Positions 59,015 to 64,000 of a stretch of 64,000 nucleotides of DNA are shown here, in pieces. Origin of the DNA: an uncultured Candidatus Saccharibacteria bacterium (GTDB lineage: Bacteria; Patescibacteriota; Doudnabacteria; UBA920); contig CAYYQK010000004.1 of the NCBI GenBank assembly GCA_964473815.1, positions 4,493 to 68,492 on the forward strand, read 5' to 3'. Below the pieces are notes generated by a model, which saw nothing but the letters and a program-made list of their open reading frames with translations, had not been told where the DNA came from and did no database searches. A program made the translations under genes and the position numbers. How positions within the stretch are numbered: position 1 is the first letter of the stretch; each line of letters opens with the position of its first letter.

Positions 59015-60556
59015 ATGGCACAAGATTTTTTTAAAGCAATCCCCCACAAATTCACTACTGGTGAACAGGCGCTTCTTCAAAAAGCCCTGGATTTTGCTAC
59101 GGCTGCTCACAAAGACCAAAAACGCAAAAGTGGTGAACCATTTGTACATCACCCTATTTCTGCGGCCATAATTTTGGGTCAAATTTTCCCAGATACAGCC
59201 ACAATTTGCGCCACTTTACTTCACGACATCACCGAAGACACCAATACCACTGACGCAAATCTCCGTTCCGAATTCGGTGATGAAATTGCCGATCTTGTTG
59301 ATGGCGTTACCAAACTCGGCAAAGTTCGTCTCCGCAATAGCAAAGATGAATACTATGTCGAAAATCTACGAAAGATGTTCATTGCTACCAGCAAAGACAT
59401 CCGCGTGATGCTTATTAAGCTGGCCGACAGACTTCACAACATGCGCACAATCGGCGCACTTTCCAAAGACAAACAGGAAAAAATCGCCAGCGAAACTTTG
59501 GAAATGTACGCGCCAATTTCCGGCCGACTGGGTATTGGTGCCTGGAAAGATGAACTGGAAGATTTGTCATTTAAAGTTGTTGACCCAAAAAACTATGAAA
59601 AGACTGAACAGATTTTAAAAGAACGTTTGGAAGAACGCCAGAAGAGCATTAAAGAAATGCAAAAAGAGTTAGCTAGCATTTTGCGTTTGGAAGGAATCAA
59701 ATTCTTAGAAATCACCGGGCGCAACAAACGTATTTACTCTTTGTATAAAAAGCTGCAGCGCTACGATGGTGACATCAGCAAAATTTACGACAAAATTGCA
59801 TTGCGCGTTATTACAAAGTCTACAGCTGATTGTTATGCAGCTCTTGGCGCAATTCACAAACACTTCAAACCGATGCCTGGCCGAGTTAAAGACTTCATCG
59901 CAACCCCAAAACCAAACGGCTATGAAAGTTTGCACACAACTTTGTTCGACAGTGAAGGTCGTCCGTTTGAAATTCAAATTCGCACCGACCTAATGCACGA
60001 AGCTGCCGAACGCGGGATTGCCGCACATTGGTTTTATGAAGAAGGCGGCAAAGAAGACGCCCCAAGCGGCAAAATCCATCGTCGCGGCGGACCAAATTGG
60101 TTTAAAGAATTACACGCCTGGCAAGAAGAGATGGCCGCGCATCCAGAAGAATTTCTCGAAGGTCTGAAAATCGATTTTTTCAAAGACCGCATTTTTGTGC
60201 TCACTCCAAAAGGTGATGTAAAAGATCTTCCAGTCGGTGCCTCGGTAATTGATTTTGCTTTTTCTGTTCATACGGACTTAGGCTATCAAATGATGGGCGC
60301 GAAAATTAATAGCAAGATGGCAAAAATCACAGACGAACTTCATCAGGGTGATATTGTAGAAATTCTAAAATCGAAAAAGCCAGCCACCCCGTCGCGGGAT
60401 TGGCTCGCTGTTGCAAAGACTGGCCACGCGCGAGCCTTGATTCGCAAATACATCGCCGAGAATGATAAAGGCTTATTTCAACGCGTCCGGGAACTCAAAC
60501 TGCAAGACATCTCGTCTCGCCTACCAGGTTTGCCAACTTTTTTCCGCAAAAAATAA
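59015..60556 (+). CDS. rel: RelA/SpoT (p)ppGpp synthetase/hydrolase (HD + synthetase + TGS, no ACT)
   Basis: RKSGEPF..HP, LLHD, KLADRLHNMRT, YESLHT, EIQIRT, FVLTPKG. Confidence 0.93.
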   Translation: MAQDFFKAIPHKFTTGEQALLQKALDFATAAHKDQKRKSGEPFVHHPISAAIILGQIFPDTATICATLLHDITEDTNTTDANLRSEFGDEIADLVDGVTKLGKVRLRNSKDEYYVENLRKMFIATSKDIRVMLIKLADRLHNMRTIGALSKDKQEKIASETLEMYAPISGRLGIGAWKDELEDLSFKVVDPKNYEKTEQILKERLEERQKSIKEMQKELASILRLEGIKFLEITGRNKRIYSLYKKLQRYDGDISKIYDKIALRVITKSTADCYAALGAIHKHFKPMPGRVKDFIATPKPNGYESLHTTLFDSEGRPFEIQIRTDLMHEAAERGIAAHWFYEEGGKEDAPSGKIHRRGGPNWFKELHAWQEEMAAHPEEFLEGLKIDFFKDRIFVLTPKGDVKDLPVGASVIDFAFSVHTDLGYQMMGAKINSKMAKITDELHQGDIVEILKSKKPATPSRDWLAVAKTGHARALIRKYIAENDKGLFQRVRELKLQDISSRLPGLPTFFRKK

Positions 60557-60647
60557 TCGCGCAGCTTAATACTACGACCCTTTACAAATACCACCAAAAG
60601 TGGTATTTTTATTTATCAATTTCAAATTAGAAGCGAGGAAAAATAAA

Positions 60648-61283
60648 ATGGATTTTATTAGCAGTGGTATTCCTAAAGGTTTGGGTATCGTGGTTCATCT
60701 CGGTTCCAAACCCGGTAATGACCCTATCTACGGGGAACGGGCCTACGAATTGGGTAGTATCCTTGGGAAGAGAAGAATCCCATTGATCTACGGCGGGTCG
60801 TCAGACGGATGTATGGGAAAACTTGCCGACGGTTGCCTTGATCACGGCGGCGACGTCACCGGCATAATGCCGAAGTACTTACAATGGAAAAAAGAACGAG
60901 TACATCCGCGGCTTTCGCGAATTATTTGGGCAAGATCCATGTCGCACCGGAAAAAAGTGATGACTGAATTGTCCATCGGTGCTGCAGTTCTGCCAGGATC
61001 CTGGGGTACGCTGGATGAAGGGTTTGAATTCCTCACCGCAATTCAGCTAATGCATGTAATGCGCACGGGCGATTACTCCATCAGACGATATCGAGGTGTC
61101 GGTTTGCTAAACGTCGCCGGTTATTACAAAGGCCTGGTCAATTGGATCGACTCAAAACCGCTCGGCGAAGGTTTTTTGGAACCACAGCATCGCGAGATAC
61201 TGTTTCTCAAAGAAGACCCGAACGAACTTATCGACAGACTGATTGAACTCTATTTGAACCCGCCACAGGTCAAGGTCAACTAA
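60648..61283 (+). CDS. LOG family nucleotide phosphoribohydrolase
   Basis: LIYGG..GCMG, MSHRKKVM, PGSWGTLDE, LLNVAGYY. Confidence 0.88.
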   Translation: MDFISSGIPKGLGIVVHLGSKPGNDPIYGERAYELGSILGKRRIPLIYGGSSDGCMGKLADGCLDHGGDVTGIMPKYLQWKKERVHPRLSRIIWARSMSHRKKVMTELSIGAAVLPGSWGTLDEGFEFLTAIQLMHVMRTGDYSIRRYRGVGLLNVAGYYKGLVNWIDSKPLGEGFLEPQHREILFLKEDPNELIDRLIELYLNPPQVKVN

Positions 61284-61305
61284 TCAACTACAATCCACTA
61301 AAAAC

Positions 61306-61334
61306 AAAGCCCGGACGCAAGTTCCGGGCTTTTT
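61306..61334. terminator. Bidirectional terminator
   Basis: aaagcccgga-cgcaagt-tccgggcttttt. Confidence 0.75.
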
Positions 61335-61349
61335 CTTATCTATATGTAA

Positions 61350-61856
61350 CTATTTAGTAATAGTGGTCTTGGTGTAATGCGGTTCGTGCTGTACGAGTTC
61401 TTCGGGTTTGAACCACACTCCGACTTCAACTTTTGCTTCTTCTAAAGTGGCACTGCCATGAATCAAATTGTTTAAGCCCTTATCTTCACTTGCATCAGCA
61501 TGCTTGAACGAAACGTGTGCGTAATCTCCACGGATAGTTCCTGGAGCACTCGACTTGGGTTCGGTTGCGCCAATCATCTTGCGAACAACTTCGACTGCTT
61601 CTGCACCCTCTAATACAACCGCAACCACAGGACCAGAAGTTAACATGTCGATCATAAGTTTACGAACGTGTTCGCCGCGGCGAATAGCTAAATCTTCAGT
61701 GTAATGATTAGATGCGTGCTCTACAGTAGGTTGCAGCAACTTCATGCCAACAATTTTTAAACCAACCCGCTCAAACCGGTGCAGAATCTCTCCTACTAAC
61801 CCACGGTTCAATGCATCTGGCTTTAACAAAACTAAACTTTGTTCAATGGTTTCCAT
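61350..61856 (-). CDS. ndk: Nucleoside diphosphate kinase
   Basis: LLKPDA, PGTIRGDY, NLIHGS. Confidence 0.95.
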   Translation of the reverse strand: METIEQSLVLLKPDALNRGLVGEILHRFERVGLKIVGMKLLQPTVEHASNHYTEDLAIRRGEHVRKLMIDMLTSGPVVAVVLEGAEAVEVVRKMIGATEPKSSAPGTIRGDYAHVSFKHADASEDKGLNNLIHGSATLEEAKVEVGVWFKPEELVQHEPHYTKTTITK

Positions 61857-61969
61857 ATTTATATTCTGATGAATATTTGCCTCGTCAACATGCGTTGCTA
61901 CGAATTGCTACGCAATTCTGGGCACCCGAATATTTCCTTCGGCAAAATATTCATCTCAATTAATTATTT

Positions 61970-62713
61970 TTAATTATTAGAGACAACAGCTTTTTCAATT
62001 TGAATTTTTTCTGAAGGCTGACCACTTTCGCTACCCTTCAAGCCAACTTTATCTACTACATCTAAACCAGAAACCACTTTACCAAAAATTGTGTAGGCGT
62101 GCGGTAAAGGATAATCTGCCAACATAATAAAGAATTGACTGCCATTAGTGTTCGGACCTGAGTTAGCCATCGCAACTACGCCGTGCTTGTATCCTTCTTT
62201 AGCACTCGGGGTATTTGGATCAAGCTCGTCTGCGAATTTTGCACCAAAGACACTTTCGCCACCTGTCCCGTTACCAGTTGGATCACCGCCCTGAATCATG
62301 AAACCAGGAATCATGCGGTGGAAAGTCAAACAGTTGTAGTAACCACTTGCACTCAAACGCAAGAAGTTTTCAACAGCTTTCGGCGCATCTTTATCATACA
62401 TTTGAATTTTCACATCACCATAATTCTTGATGGTCAAAGTTACGAATTTATTCTTGATGTCAGTTGGCGCTTTAAAGATTGCCTGATCCACATTGCGGAC
62501 ACATTCGCCGTTGTTTGCTGTTGTCATAGAGTTAGTATTGTTATTAATCTGATCCGAGTTGGTTTGGTCGCTGCTGGTTTCGTCAGCGGAGTTAGTATTT
62601 TGTTGTTCCGATTTCGTTTGATTGTCGTCACTGCTTTTATTGGTGATCAAAATGACCCCCACAATAACTGCACCCAACACTGCGATGAGCAAAATAATTT
62701 GCCAAGTTTTCAT
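61970..62713 (-). CDS. Membrane-anchored cyclophilin-type peptidyl-prolyl isomerase
   Basis: FHRMIPGFMIQGGDP, AMANSGPNTNGSQFFI. Confidence 0.93.
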   Translation of the reverse strand: MKTWQIILLIAVLGAVIVGVILITNKSSDDNQTKSEQQNTNSADETSSDQTNSDQINNNTNSMTTANNGECVRNVDQAIFKAPTDIKNKFVTLTIKNYGDVKIQMYDKDAPKAVENFLRLSASGYYNCLTFHRMIPGFMIQGGDPTGNGTGGESVFGAKFADELDPNTPSAKEGYKHGVVAMANSGPNTNGSQFFIMLADYPLPHAYTIFGKVVSGLDVVDKVGLKGSESGQPSEKIQIEKAVVSNN

Positions 62714-62733
62714 AGGATTTATTACTAATTTTC

Positions 62734-63999
62734 TTATAATCTATCATATTTTTGATGATTTTGCAATGAGGTTATTTTATGGTGGATGTAAGCAAATAGA
62801 AATATATAGTAAAGGCCGAATGCCCAGGTTGGCAAATGAAGCCCAATACTGGCGTACGGAACGGTTGATAATTTTTCTGTTATCCAAATTACTAGTGCAG
62901 TTGCGAGCTGTGCCGGGTATACAAAAACCGTGCCGATGTATGGAAGAAGTGTAAGTGCACCAAGTAACATAATCCAATCTACTGATGGAAGAACAATTAA
63001 ATTTGCAATTGGTGCAATGATGCTAAAAGTGCCAAAGTGATATGCAATTAGCGGAGCGGTTACTGCAATAGCGCCGAGTGTTGGTCTTAGGGTGTCGGCA
63101 AGGAAACCTGACCGTTCTGTTTCGTCTGCGGCACGTGGTGCGCGAATGCGAAAAGCAATTAGCACGCCAAACGTTGCCGCTACACTTAGTTGAAAACCGA
63201 TGTCCCAAAGGACAATGCGTGGATTTTGCAACACCATGATTGCGCACACGAGCAAGAGCGCATACAAACTTGTGTATTGCCGGCCGAGCAACTGGGCAAC
63301 AGTTGCGAGGACGGCCATGATAGCGGCGCGCACCACGCTCGCGGTAGCGCCAGTAACCACCACAAAACTAAACACGACGAACAAAGTCAGCATATTAGTA
63401 GCGCGCCGCCCAATATACCACACTAACGCACCACAGGCAGTGGCGATTATTGTCATATTAAAACCTGACACAGCTACAATATGAGTTAACCCAGTCGTCT
63501 TAAATGCCTGCACGATCTCATCAGGAATTGCTGTACGCTCACCAATTAAAATTCCCAACATCAAACTCCCCTCTCGTGGGGCAAATAAGTGCGACTGTTC
63601 AACTATGTAGTCGTGCAAATCTCTTAATGGTTTTCGCCACGACCACGATGCACGTTTCAACACAATAATTTTTGGTTTCTTCAATTCACCATACACATCC
63701 CAGCGCTGTAAGTATCCAACATAGTCAAACTCACTAAAATTTTCCGGCAATTCAACTTGACCACGAATCCAAACTCGATCCCCCAGCCCAGCCTGCGGAA
63801 TTGCTTTATACAAAGAAGCTCGTAAATCTTTTGAGTAACCATCAGGCTGCACTATAAGCACTTGCCCTTTATCCTGCGTTACGGGATCTGTCGCAATCAC
63901 GCCTTCAACATCAATATTTTTTCCGATTACATCCTGATACTCATTCATTCCAAATGACAAACTCACATACCAAATTCCCATCGCAACCCCCGCAACAAC
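62734..63999 (-). CDS. comEC: ComEC/Rec2 competence protein (5'-truncated)
   Basis: GLTHIVAVSGFN, SVVRAAIM, GFQLS; frame open to the window edge. Confidence 0.92.
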   Translation of the reverse strand, partial: VVAGVAMGIWYVSLSFGMNEYQDVIGKNIDVEGVIATDPVTQDKGQVLIVQPDGYSKDLRASLYKAIPQAGLGDRVWIRGQVELPENFSEFDYVGYLQRWDVYGELKKPKIIVLKRASWSWRKPLRDLHDYIVEQSHLFAPREGSLMLGILIGERTAIPDEIVQAFKTTGLTHIVAVSGFNMTIIATACGALVWYIGRRATNMLTLFVVFSFVVVTGATASVVRAAIMAVLATVAQLLGRQYTSLYALLLVCAIMVLQNPRIVLWDIGFQLSVAATFGVLIAFRIRAPRAADETERSGFLADTLRPTLGAIAVTAPLIAYHFGTFSIIAPIANLIVLPSVDWIMLLGALTLLPYIGTVFVYPAQLATALVIWITEKLSTVPYASIGLHLPTWAFGLYYIFLFAYIHHKITSLQNHQKYDRL

Positions 64000-64000
64000 A

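Overview
Chromosomal window from a small-genome bacterium. Gene content and style point to Patescibacteria/CPR (inference): type IV pilus operon, ComEC, S-layer-like and lamin-tail proteins, CPR-style GH1/ROK/FAD-oxidase cluster, and housekeeping genes without Shine-Dalgarno (SD) sites. Core genes: typA, holA, pilBCMNO, HU, nusB, rpmF (missed by the ORF track), groES-groEL with a perfect CIRCE, mutM, rel, ndk, a cyclophilin, comEC and four tRNAs (Arg-TCG, Lys-CTT, Pro-TGG, Gly-TCC). Accessory content: (1) a copper-export cassette bounded by 29-bp direct repeats that both read as a conserved recombinase-tail-like peptide on the minus strand, headed by a His/Met/Cys-rich upstream ORF whose stop codon sits in a terminator/antiterminator switch; (2) an ApbE / FMN-binding / RnfD-FNR flavinylation module; (3) a 2070-aa secreted SpvB/FG-GAP/Rhs polymorphic toxin with a putative immunity gene and a frameshifted CPCC-family pseudogene; (4) scattered single genes with strong SD sites, three of which (ClpB-D2-only ATPase, Ino1, transpeptidase-only PBP) resemble Acidobacteria-type proteins and may come from the host; (5) several unexplained structured intergenic elements. 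No CRISPR array, rRNA, transposase or integrase gene was seen. All family assignments come from reading motifs, not from database searches.
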